Below, in pieces: positions 19,649 through 26,473 of a stretch of DNA of 56,894 nt. The number at the start of each line of letters is the position of its first letter. The stretch's first letter is position 1. Under the pieces are notes generated by a model. That model saw nothing but the letters and a program-made list of their open reading frames with translations, was not told where the DNA came from and searched no databases. Origin of the DNA: Candidatus Moraniibacteriota bacterium (GTDB lineage Bacteria; Patescibacteriota; Minisyncoccia; Moranbacterales; UBA1568); the NCBI GenBank assembly GCA_903854995.1, contig CAINXS010000065.1, forward strand, positions 1-56,894, written 5' to 3'. A program made the position numbers and the translations under genes.

Positions 19649-19798
19649 ATGCCGAACGTTTACATATGCCGAAAACTGCGCGTTATCACAGGCCGCGGTG
19701 GACGCACGTTTAAAAAGGCAGGCCTTTACAAGCAGCGAGGCCGCGCCCTGAGAAAATTTCGGCGCGCACGCCGCCTCGGACACGGTCCGAAGCGGTAA
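19649..19798 (+). CDS. Small, very basic hypothetical protein (49 aa)
   Basis: ATG at 19649 is preceded by AGGAG with 6-nt spacing. Product MPNVYICRKLRVITGRGGRTFKKAGLYKQRGRALRKFRRARRLGHGPKR. A hairpin follows at ~19804-19832. No family assignment possible. Confidence 0.35.
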   Translation: MPNVYICRKLRVITGRGGRTFKKAGLYKQRGRALRKFRRARRLGHGPKR

Positions 19799-19890
19799 GA
19801 GACGAAAAGCCCGGGCTATTGCACGGACTTTTCTTATCGAAATTGCAAGAACAAAAAAGAGGACCCGAATAGATCCTCTTTTTTGCTTTC

Positions 19891-20035
19891 TTGAGCGGGT
19901 AACGGGAGTCTCGTCCTCAGCGCCTGCTGGCGCTTCGTAGTCCAGGGCTGAGCCGAATGCTGCACTTGCTTGCATTCGTCTACACTCGTTTTGCTCGCCT
20001 TCGCTCACAACTCGTTCCTGCCCGTTCGACTCCCG
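19891..20035 (-). repeat. tRNA-Gly 3'-end-derived element 2 (inverted tRNA-fragment termini)
   Basis: 19891-19910 TTGAGCGGGTAACGGGAGTC is identical to the 3' end plus flank of the real tRNA-Gly gene (20290-20309). 20022-20035 CCGTTCGACTCCCG is the same T-arm segment in the opposite orientation. CGGGAGTC/GACTCCCG close a ~130-nt GC-rich segment. Confidence 0.7.
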
Positions 20036-20127
20036 ATATATACAAAGAAAACACTTTGAAAGGTGCTTCTTTGTGAGCGGGCCGCCCCATATTAGGGCGA
20101 GCCTCGCTCAAATTTTCGAAGAAAATT

Positions 20128-20245
20128 TGAGCGGGTAACGGGAGTCCTCCTCACCCGTCCTGCACAAGCAGGACTCCTTCGGAGCCGGGGTTTCTGAAAA
20201 GCGAAATCGTTCGCTTTTCAGAATACCCTTCGACTCCCGTTACCC
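20128..20245 (-). repeat. tRNA-Gly 3'-end-derived element 1 (14-bp closing helix plus three internal hairpins)
   Basis: 20128-20146 TGAGCGGGTAACGGGAGTC equals the tRNA-Gly 3' end. 20229-20245 TTCGACTCCCGTTACCC is the inverted copy. GGGTAACGGGAGTC (20133-20146) pairs perfectly with GACTCCCGTTACCC (20232-20245). Internal hairpins: 20157-20174, about 20171-20186, and a perfect 13-bp stem 20193-20205/20210-20222. Confidence 0.75.
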
Positions 20246-20292
20246 ATAAGAAAGAAGAAGAGGCTCATATGAGCCCCTTCTTCTTTCCTTTG

Positions 20293-20364
20293 AGCGGGTA
20301 ACGGGAGTCGAACCCGTATTTCGTCCTTGGCAAGGACGCGTAATAGCCGCTATACGATACCCGC
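20293..20364 (-). tRNA. tRNA-Gly (anticodon GCC)
   Basis: Reverse complement folds: acceptor GCGGGTA/TACCCGC, anticodon stem CGTCC/GGACG with loop TTGCCAA, T arm ACGGG-TTCGACT-CCCGT, discriminator U. Confidence 0.9.
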
Positions 20365-20417
20365 CTGCGCTACGCTCCGGCGTGGCAAGCCCGCTTTTAA
20401 CCGATCTTCACCGCCTG

Positions 20418-20490
20418 TGGGACTGGCTGGATTCGAACCAGCGACCAAGCGGTTATGAGCCGCCTGCTCTAACCGCTGAGCTACAGTCCC
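20418..20490 (-). tRNA. tRNA with CAT anticodon (elongator Met, or Ile2 after lysidine modification)
   Basis: Acceptor GGGACTG/CAGTCCC (G1:C72, so not an initiator), anticodon stem GGCGG/CCGCT with loop CTCATAA, T arm GCTGG-TTCGAAT-CCAGC. Confidence 0.85.
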
Positions 20491-20543
20491 GGCCGGAACA
20501 TGGCTATAAATGGTATTATACACCACTTATACACATTTTCCTG

Positions 20544-20615
20544 TGCCTGGGGACAGAATCGAACTGTCGACACGAGGATTTTCAGTCCTCTGCTCTACCA
20601 CTGAGCTACCCAGGC
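20544..20615 (-). tRNA. tRNA-Phe (anticodon GAA)
   Basis: Acceptor GCCTGGG/CCCAGGC, anticodon stem GAGGA/TCCTC with loop CTGAAAA, T arm GACAG-TTCGATT-CTGTC. Confidence 0.9.
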
Positions 20616-20765
20616 GAAACACAAATATGAGTGTACAAGACTTTGCCCGACCCGTAAATACCCCGGCCGATTGCCTGTGGGCAATGGAGGACTCGCCCGG
20701 CATTCGCCAGGCGCCCCGCGTATGCGGGACGAACCCGACTTCATTTCATAATCACATCTTCTCCG

Positions 20766-20839
20766 TGCGCGCTCAAGGATTCGAACCTTGGACCCCCTCG
20801 GTGTAAACGAGGTGCTCTAACCAACTGAGCTAAGCGCGC
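20766..20839 (-). tRNA. tRNA-Val (anticodon TAC)
   Basis: Acceptor GCGCGCT/AGCGCGC, anticodon stem CCTCG/CGAGG with loop TTTACAC, T arm CAAGG-TTCGAAT-CCTTG. Confidence 0.9.
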
Positions 20840-20856
20840 AAATATCCGATACCATA

Positions 20857-20902
20857 CCCTCGGTGTAAACGAGATGCTCTAACCCGTTTGAGCTAAGCGT
20901 GC
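20857..20902 (-). pseudogene. Truncated tRNA-Val(TAC) copy (acceptor 5' strand, D arm and anticodon arm only; no T arm)
   Basis: GCACGCTTAGCTCAAACGGGTTAGAGCATCTCGTTTACACCGAGGG parallels the first ~46 nt of the adjacent intact tRNA-Val(TAC), then diverges (GTATGGTATCGG...). Confidence 0.75.
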
Positions 20903-20950
20903 CTTGATTTCCACGCCTCTCAAGTATAGGGCACGGAATCCAAATGGCAA

Positions 20951-20976
20951 GCAAAAGGAACAGGCCGTCCTGTTCC
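20951..20976 (-). terminator. Intrinsic terminator ending the minus-strand tRNA-Leu unit
   Basis: On the minus strand, GGAACAGG-ACGG-CCTGTTCC is followed by TTTTGC. Confidence 0.75.
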
Positions 20977-21006
20977 TTCGTTCCGTTGTGCCCAAGAGAG
21001 GACTCG
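20976..21006 (-). repeat. 31-nt direct duplicate of the tRNA-Leu(GAG) 3' end plus downstream flank
   Basis: CTTCGTTCCGTTGTGCCCAAGAGAGGACTCG at 20976-21006 is identical to 21116-21146 (the latter is part of, or flanks, the intact tRNA). Confidence 0.9.
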
Positions 21007-21128
21007 GTCAGAGTCGATTTCCGGAGAAATCGCTCCCGACCCTGCCTCGCTCCGCTCCGGCTTTCTCGTCCTCACACAAGCCAAACCATTGGCTTGTTTC
21101 TTCGTCCCAACTCCACTTCGTTCCGTTG

Positions 21129-21212
21129 TGCCCAAGAGAGGACTCGAACCTCCAATCCCTTGCGGGAACTAGCACCTCAAGCTAGCGCGTATACCAATTC
21201 CGCCACCTGGGC
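21129..21212 (-). tRNA. tRNA-Leu (anticodon GAG), class II
   Basis: Acceptor GCCCAGG/CTTGGGC, anticodon stem CTAGC/GCTAG with loop TTGAGGT, long variable arm TTCCCGCAAGGGATT, T arm GGAGG-TTCGAGT-CCTCT. Confidence 0.88.
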
Positions 21213-21224
21213 AGGTGGGAAGAA

Positions 21225-21719
21225 CTACTTCCCGGACTCCTTACCGCCATCGTCATTCACCTCCTCAACCGAAGTCTCGCTCTCTTCAACCGCGACTTCT
21301 TCCGCTTCTGTCTCGGACGCCTCCAAAGCCAACTCTTCTTCCGGCTTCAGGCCCTTTCCGATCTTCAATCCCACCTCCTTAAGCTTGCGACGAAGCAGTT
21401 TTGCCGACTTCTCACGAACGAAATACAGCTTGGCGCGACGCGACCGGGTGCTCTTCAGAACCTCGATCTTCTCGATGTTCGGGGAATATATCGGAACCAC
21501 GATCTCTACACCTATTCCGAAGGACGTCTTTCGCACGGTAATGGTAGGGGACGAGCTCTGTCCTCCACGCATGGCGATGACCATGCCCTGGAAAATCTGT
21601 ATCCGCTCCTTGCCTCCCTCTACGATTTTTCTATGAATTTTCACGACATCTCCGGAATGAAGTACCGGAACGTCCTTTGTCCTGCGTTCCATGTTGAACG
21701 CTATGAGGTCTTTGTGCAT
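21225..21719 (-). CDS. rplS: 50S ribosomal protein L19 with acidic C-terminal extension
   Basis: From the ATG at 21719: MHKDLIAFNMERRTKDVPVLHSGDVVKIHRKIVEGGKERIQIFQGMVIAMRGG...ITVRK is the L19 core. The ~45-aa Glu-rich tail is unusual. The ORF-track entry extends spuriously to 21896. Confidence 0.9.
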   Translation of the reverse strand: MHKDLIAFNMERRTKDVPVLHSGDVVKIHRKIVEGGKERIQIFQGMVIAMRGGQSSSPTITVRKTSFGIGVEIVVPIYSPNIEKIEVLKSTRSRRAKLYFVREKSAKLLRRKLKEVGLKIGKGLKPEEELALEASETEAEEVAVEESETSVEEVNDDGGKESGK

Positions 21720-21783
21720 ACGGTTATTTTCCCTATTCCAAGCGGATTCCGCCACTGAAAATCGGAATGATAGATAAAAAGAA

Positions 21784-22791
21784 TCAGTCCTCGCGTTTGC
21801 GATTCGAAGCTTCCCCAGGATAACCCGGATTTTCAGCGGCGTCAATACCTGAGATGAAATCCGCGAAGTCCGCAGGCAACGGCGCCTCATAGACACGAAT
21901 GCCGTCCTTAAAATGGAACGCTATCCGCAAAGCGTGCAGCAGCTGTCTTCTCGGCATACCCTCCCGTCTCATGCGTCGACCTCCATAGAGACTATCGCCG
22001 AGTACGGGGTGTCCGATGGCAGCAAGGTGGATACGTATCTGATGCGTCCGGCCCGTTTTCGGAAAGATCTCTAAAAGATCATATTCGGCATATCGATGCT
22101 TCAGCCGATATTCCGTCAGCGCCTCTTTCATCTCGCCATCGAACGATTGCGGATCTTTGACGGCCTGTCTCTGCAGCGTTCCCGTACGTTGCGCGAGCGG
22201 ATAGTCTATTTTTCCTTCCTCCTCCGGCACATGCCCAACGACGAGCGCGAGGTAGGTCTTCTCCGTTTTCCGCTCGCGAAACGCCTCGCGCATCACATCA
22301 CAAGATTCGTCCGTCTTGGCAAGCACGACGACTCCGCTGGTGTTCCGATCCAAACGATGGACGATACCCGGCCGGATCGGGTCGCCTCCCACCATCGCCA
22401 TTTCTGGCCTCGTTGCCGCGATCCAGTTCGCTACGGTATGGGTCCGGTCATTCCCTCCCGGATGCATCTGCACGCCGAACGGCTTGGAAAGGATCAGCAG
22501 GTCGTTGTCCTCAAAGATGATCGGAAGTGAGAGATCGGGATTCGCGAACAAACCTTCCTTTGGAGTCGGAGCGATTCTCGACACCACCACGTCCCCGTAT
22601 CGCAGACGTCGAGTCGGGCTCGTTTCGGTCTTACCGTTCAGCGTGACCAATCCAGCCTCGATTCCAGCGCGGGTATCGCTCCGCGAAAGTCCGTCCATCC
22701 TCGTATATGCCGCCAAAAAGGCGTCCAGCCGCTTTCCGGATGAGATCTGCTGAACCGTCTTTTCTATCACGAATCCGTCTCGCGTCTCCAT
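21784..22791 (-). CDS. RluA/RluD-family 23S rRNA pseudouridine synthase
   Basis: 335 aa. N-terminal S4-like domain, catalytic HRLDRNTSGVVVLAKT, and GRTHQIRIHLAAIGHPVLGD. Confidence 0.9.
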   Translation of the reverse strand: METRDGFVIEKTVQQISSGKRLDAFLAAYTRMDGLSRSDTRAGIEAGLVTLNGKTETSPTRRLRYGDVVVSRIAPTPKEGLFANPDLSLPIIFEDNDLLILSKPFGVQMHPGGNDRTHTVANWIAATRPEMAMVGGDPIRPGIVHRLDRNTSGVVVLAKTDESCDVMREAFRERKTEKTYLALVVGHVPEEEGKIDYPLAQRTGTLQRQAVKDPQSFDGEMKEALTEYRLKHRYAEYDLLEIFPKTGRTHQIRIHLAAIGHPVLGDSLYGGRRMRREGMPRRQLLHALRIAFHFKDGIRVYEAPLPADFADFISGIDAAENPGYPGEASNRKRED

Positions 22792-22931
22792 ATGTGGCTG
22801 TAGATGATTCGTTCAATGATAGGCCATTCTTCACGGAACGGCAAGCATCCCTTTGACATTGACCGTGCGAAGACTAGTATGAGAACAGGATTCGCATGGG
22901 TGATTCCGCCTAAGAAAATAACCGACCACAT

Positions 22932-23579
22932 ATGGATTGTTGCGAAAATAGGGTTTCATGCGCATCGGGATGCGATTGCGACTGTGCGGATAATCGGAAC
23001 GGGAACCTTTGTTTCCCGATAATTGGTGAGGAGATCTCGGATTTCGAAGGGCAGGTCTTCCACGAAGAGTCATTCAAGGACGTGCGTCTTTCGGATTATC
23101 GTGGCAAATGGCTCATCCTTTTCTTTTATCCCGCCGACTTCTCCTTCGTGTGCCCGACGGAACTTGAGGACCTGGCGGAAAATTACACGGCCTTTCAGGA
23201 ACTCGGAGCGGAAATACTTTCCGTGAGCACGGACACGGTATACGTCCATAAGGCATGGCATGACCAGTCTGCCGCCGTTCGAAAAGTGACCTATCCCATG
23301 TTCGCCGACCCGACCGGCGAACTGTCCCGGATATTCGGCACCTATATCGATGACGAGGGCATATCCCTCCGGGGAACGTTCATCGTCGACCCGGACGGCG
23401 TATTGCAGTCGGTAGAAATGAGCTCGAACGCGATCGGCAGGAATTCCGCCGAACTATTACGAAAAATTCGTGCGGCACAATTCGTTCGCGAACACAGCGG
23501 CGAAGTCTGCCCTGCCAAATGGATGAAATCCGGCGATCCGACCCTGACCCCGGGCCCGGACCTCGTCGGCAAGATCTGA
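22932..23579 (+). CDS. 2-Cys peroxiredoxin (AhpC/Prx1 type) with Cys-rich N-terminal extension
   Basis: WLILFFYPADFSFVCPTELEDL (peroxidatic Cys) and a C-terminal EVCPA (resolving Cys). 27 extra N-terminal residues MDCCENRVSCASGCDCDCADNRNGNLC. Confidence 0.88.
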   Translation: MDCCENRVSCASGCDCDCADNRNGNLCFPIIGEEISDFEGQVFHEESFKDVRLSDYRGKWLILFFYPADFSFVCPTELEDLAENYTAFQELGAEILSVSTDTVYVHKAWHDQSAAVRKVTYPMFADPTGELSRIFGTYIDDEGISLRGTFIVDPDGVLQSVEMSSNAIGRNSAELLRKIRAAQFVREHSGEVCPAKWMKSGDPTLTPGPDLVGKI

Positions 23580-23616
23580 TCGTTCCCGTCGGCAGTACCA
23601 TTGTCATCTTAAACAT

Positions 23617-24180
23617 ATGTACGAGAAAAGGGATTATTCGGGACTGCTGGGAACACCAGGCTTTTCCGATATGCTTCTGACAGACCATTTCACCCTGTAC
23701 GAAGGATACGTGAAGAACGTCAACTCGCTTCTCGGGAAGCTTGCCGAGACCGGCGCGGAAACCCAGGAAGGCGCCGAGCTCAGGCGCCGATTCGGATGGG
23801 AATGGAACGGAATGAGACTTCATGAACTCTATTTCGGGAATATCCGGAGCGGAGCCGAAAAGCTGCACGAAGGAAAACTCAGGGAGCGCCTCATCACGGA
23901 ATACGGCAGCGTCGAGACCTGGGAAAATGACTTTCGGTCCGTGGGTGCCATGCGCGGCATAGGCTGGGTCATTCTCACGGAAGATCCTGAGAACGGAGGA
24001 CTGCTCAATACGTGGACGAACGAACACGATGCCGGTCATCTTGCCGGAGGAAGACCGGTCCTTGTCATGGACGTCTTCGAACATGCGTACCTTCGGGATT
24101 ACGGCATAAAGAGATCGGAATACATCGATGCGTTCATGCGCTCGATCGATTGGAACGTGGCAGAAAAGAGACTCTCCTGA
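23617..24180 (+). CDS. Fe/Mn-family superoxide dismutase (divergent N-terminal half)
   Basis: C-terminal ligand motif DVFEHAYLRDY (compare DVWEHAYY), WNGMRLHELYF, N-terminal DHFTLYEGYV. 187 aa. Confidence 0.8.
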   Translation: MYEKRDYSGLLGTPGFSDMLLTDHFTLYEGYVKNVNSLLGKLAETGAETQEGAELRRRFGWEWNGMRLHELYFGNIRSGAEKLHEGKLRERLITEYGSVETWENDFRSVGAMRGIGWVILTEDPENGGLLNTWTNEHDAGHLAGGRPVLVMDVFEHAYLRDYGIKRSEYIDAFMRSIDWNVAEKRLS

Positions 24181-24206
24181 ACATGCCGCTCGTTTCGACA
24201 CGAATG

Positions 24207-24233
24207 AAACCCGGACCATTGTCCGGGTTTTTC
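24207..24233 (+). terminator. Intrinsic terminator after the SOD gene
   Basis: AACCCGGAC-CATT-GTCCGGGTT followed by TTTTCG. Confidence 0.75.
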
Positions 24234-24246
24234 GTTGCACGATATG

Positions 24247-24255
24247 TGATATACT
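24247..24255 (+). promoter_or_regulatory. Extended -10 element TGATATACT
   Basis: TGnTAnnnT match about 20 nt upstream of the 24276 start codon. Confidence 0.4.
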
Positions 24256-24275
24256 GGAAAAAATAATAACATCGT

Positions 24276-25199
24276 ATGCGAATCATAAAACGGAAGTATA
24301 CGTGGATGTTTCTTGTCCCGCTTTTTCTTTTCATCTTCCTCCCGAATCCGTCATTCGCGGCGGACGGATTCACTTACACGCCACTTGAGCCGATTCCCGG
24401 ATCGGAAGACGCCGCGAAACTACCGGAATACATCACGGCCATCTACAAGTTCGCATTGTGGGCCGTCGGCATCGCCGCCATGTTCATGATAACCATCGGC
24501 GGCGCCATGTATCTCACGAGCGCAGGAAACACGTCGGCACTCGGAAACGCGAAAGGCGTCATCACCGATGCCATCATCGGCCTCGTGCTCGCTCTCGCGG
24601 CCTGGTTTCTGCTCAATCTCATCAATCCGGACATCCTCAGCGGAGACTTGTCGATATTCAGCATCGTCGGAGGCGACACGCCCTCTACCGTGGGCGGCGG
24701 CACCGGAACCGACACGGGAACAACCGCCCTGACGACTTCCGGCGGCGCCTGTACCGGAGCGAATTCGGGTTGCTGCAAAGCCGGAACGAAATGCGCGGAC
24801 TGCCAAGGATGCGTCAGTTTCACGAACTCGTACGCAAATCTTTGCTATAAAGGCGCTATGGGCAACACCGGATGCATGTTGAGTTCGACCTTAGCCAGCA
24901 AGCTCAACGCTGCGAACCTTGACAGTGTCAATGCCGAGGTTTCGGAGGCATGGCCGCCCACTGTTATTCATTCCGAACCTTGCCACGCGAACGGCACGTG
25001 CGCTGACGTCAGGTGCAAGAGCGGCTGCGCGAACGCGAGCGTGGCCAGTATCAAAGCAATCTATGACGCGCTGAAAAAAGCCGGACTGAATCCCGTGTTT
25101 GAAAGCTATGCCGCGAATTGTCCGACATACACCGCGGCAGGAATAACATGTATATCTCCGTCGACTATGACGGCCCCGTCATTTCACGTCAATCCGTAG
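24276..25199 (+). CDS. VirB2/TrbC-like (T4SS-pilin-type) two-TM domain fused to a Cys-rich C-terminal domain
   Basis: Signal peptide ...PNPSFA. Then PLEPIPG...ITAIYKFALWAVGIAAMFMITIGGAMYLTSAGN...AKGVITDAIIGLVLALAAWFLLNLINP, a hairpin of two TM helices as in VirB2/TrbC-type pilins common in CPR genomes. The last ~170 aa contain 12 Cys. Confidence 0.6.
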   Translation: MRIIKRKYTWMFLVPLFLFIFLPNPSFAADGFTYTPLEPIPGSEDAAKLPEYITAIYKFALWAVGIAAMFMITIGGAMYLTSAGNTSALGNAKGVITDAIIGLVLALAAWFLLNLINPDILSGDLSIFSIVGGDTPSTVGGGTGTDTGTTALTTSGGACTGANSGCCKAGTKCADCQGCVSFTNSYANLCYKGAMGNTGCMLSSTLASKLNAANLDSVNAEVSEAWPPTVIHSEPCHANGTCADVRCKSGCANASVASIKAIYDALKKAGLNPVFESYAANCPTYTAAGITCISPSTMTAPSFHVNP

Positions 25200-25275
25200 T
25201 GCGGTCCGGTCCGATAGATGTCGCTTCCGAGCGCACAGCCTCGGCATTCCGAAAGGTCCTGAAGAAATTTGCAAC

Positions 25276-26418
25276 ATGAAACGAAACTTGTTCATAACAG
25301 GCTCACTGTTGGCCGTCGGAGCCCTCTTCGCCGGCGTATATGTCGTCGTTTTCAAGAATAATCCCAGTAACCCCGTCGCCGACGAGAGAAAGCGCGTCGA
25401 ATCGAAGCAGGAGGAGGCGAAACAGTTTTCTCAGAACGCCTCCGGCGAAACGGTATCGACGGTTATCGATTCTCCGACCGTCGGTGCCACGATTCTCGAC
25501 GAAAATCACATCGCCTATTTTGCGGATCGGCAACTGAAGCGGACGTCACTCGGCGGCGGAGGAGAGGAGGTCTTACTGAGCGATCTCCCGGGGGAGGTCT
25601 TGGACGCGATATGGTCACCAGATCGGGAGCGCGTCCTTGCACTGATGGGAACAGGGTCAGAAAGAAAGTGGTTTCTGGTTGTCCCTTCCGAGAAAACCGC
25701 TACTCCACTCAAAGCCGGAATCACTTCGCCGGTGTGGTCGAATCTGTCCGAACGGATCTTCTATTCGTATGCCGATTCGAAATCCGGCAAAGCGGAACTT
25801 GATTCCGCGAAACCCGACGGCACGGACTGGAAGCGAGTGGCGACGATGGATGAGCCGAGCTCTTTTCTGTCCACGGTCCCTTCTACCGCGATCATCTCGT
25901 ATTGGAACAAGCCTTCGGCATTCGAGGCGACCTCTCTCTATACGGTATCCGCCTCCGGCGGCACCCCGAAGAAGATTTTCTCGGAAAAATTCGGTGCCGA
26001 TTATCTCTGGTCTCCTGACGGAACAAAGGTACTGATCAGCAACACGCTCTCAAAGGGGGGAACGGAGACGCGCCTTGGAATCGCAAACCGGGACGGCGGA
26101 GAATTCAAGACCCTGCAGGCGCCGACGATCACATCGAAGGCGGTATGGTCGAAGGACGCGAAAACGGTCTATTACGCGCTCCCACTTTCCATTCCGGACC
26201 ATGCGGTACTGCCGAACGACTACTTCGGAAGGCCTATACATACCCAGGACTCCTTCTGGAAAATGGATGTAGCATCCGGAAAAAGCGACCGAATCATAGA
26301 GCCCGATCGAATCGATGGGAGCTACGACAGTTTCCGCCCTTTTCTCGGTCCTGACGAACGATATCTCTACTTCACCGACAGGGTCAGCGGAAAGCTTCAT
26401 CGAATTTCCCTGAAGTAA
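25276..26418 (+). CDS. Membrane-anchored TolB-like beta-propeller (PD40 repeat) protein
   Basis: N-terminal TM helix. Repeated WSPD-type blades (AIWSPDRERVLAL, LWSPDGTKVLIS, AVWSKDAKTVYYA). Confidence 0.65.
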   Translation: MKRNLFITGSLLAVGALFAGVYVVVFKNNPSNPVADERKRVESKQEEAKQFSQNASGETVSTVIDSPTVGATILDENHIAYFADRQLKRTSLGGGGEEVLLSDLPGEVLDAIWSPDRERVLALMGTGSERKWFLVVPSEKTATPLKAGITSPVWSNLSERIFYSYADSKSGKAELDSAKPDGTDWKRVATMDEPSSFLSTVPSTAIISYWNKPSAFEATSLYTVSASGGTPKKIFSEKFGADYLWSPDGTKVLISNTLSKGGTETRLGIANRDGGEFKTLQAPTITSKAVWSKDAKTVYYALPLSIPDHAVLPNDYFGRPIHTQDSFWKMDVASGKSDRIIEPDRIDGSYDSFRPFLGPDERYLYFTDRVSGKLHRISLK

Positions 26419-26473
26419 TTCGCGTGTCGGAACGGCCGCCCCGAGCCACGGGCGACTTTTGTGATCTTGTCGA

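Noticed and set aside
19640-19700. CCATGCCGAAC, a string characteristic of 5S rRNA
   Set aside because: The flanking sequence does not follow the 5S consensus (no ...CTCAGAAGTGAAAC..., no helix I partners). The ATG inside it is better explained as the start of a small ORF preceded by AGGAG.
20944-21636. 230-aa plus-strand ORF
   Set aside because: It runs across tRNA-Leu(GAG), the tRNA-fragment repeats and the antisense strand of rplS, so it is not a plausible CDS. The same applies to the short ORFs at 20382..20630, 20510..20806 and 20904..21185, which overlie tRNA genes.
23380-24240. 286-aa minus-strand ORF
   Set aside because: It is antisense to the peroxiredoxin 3' end and the whole SOD gene, both of which carry clear family motifs. 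It has no motifs of its own.
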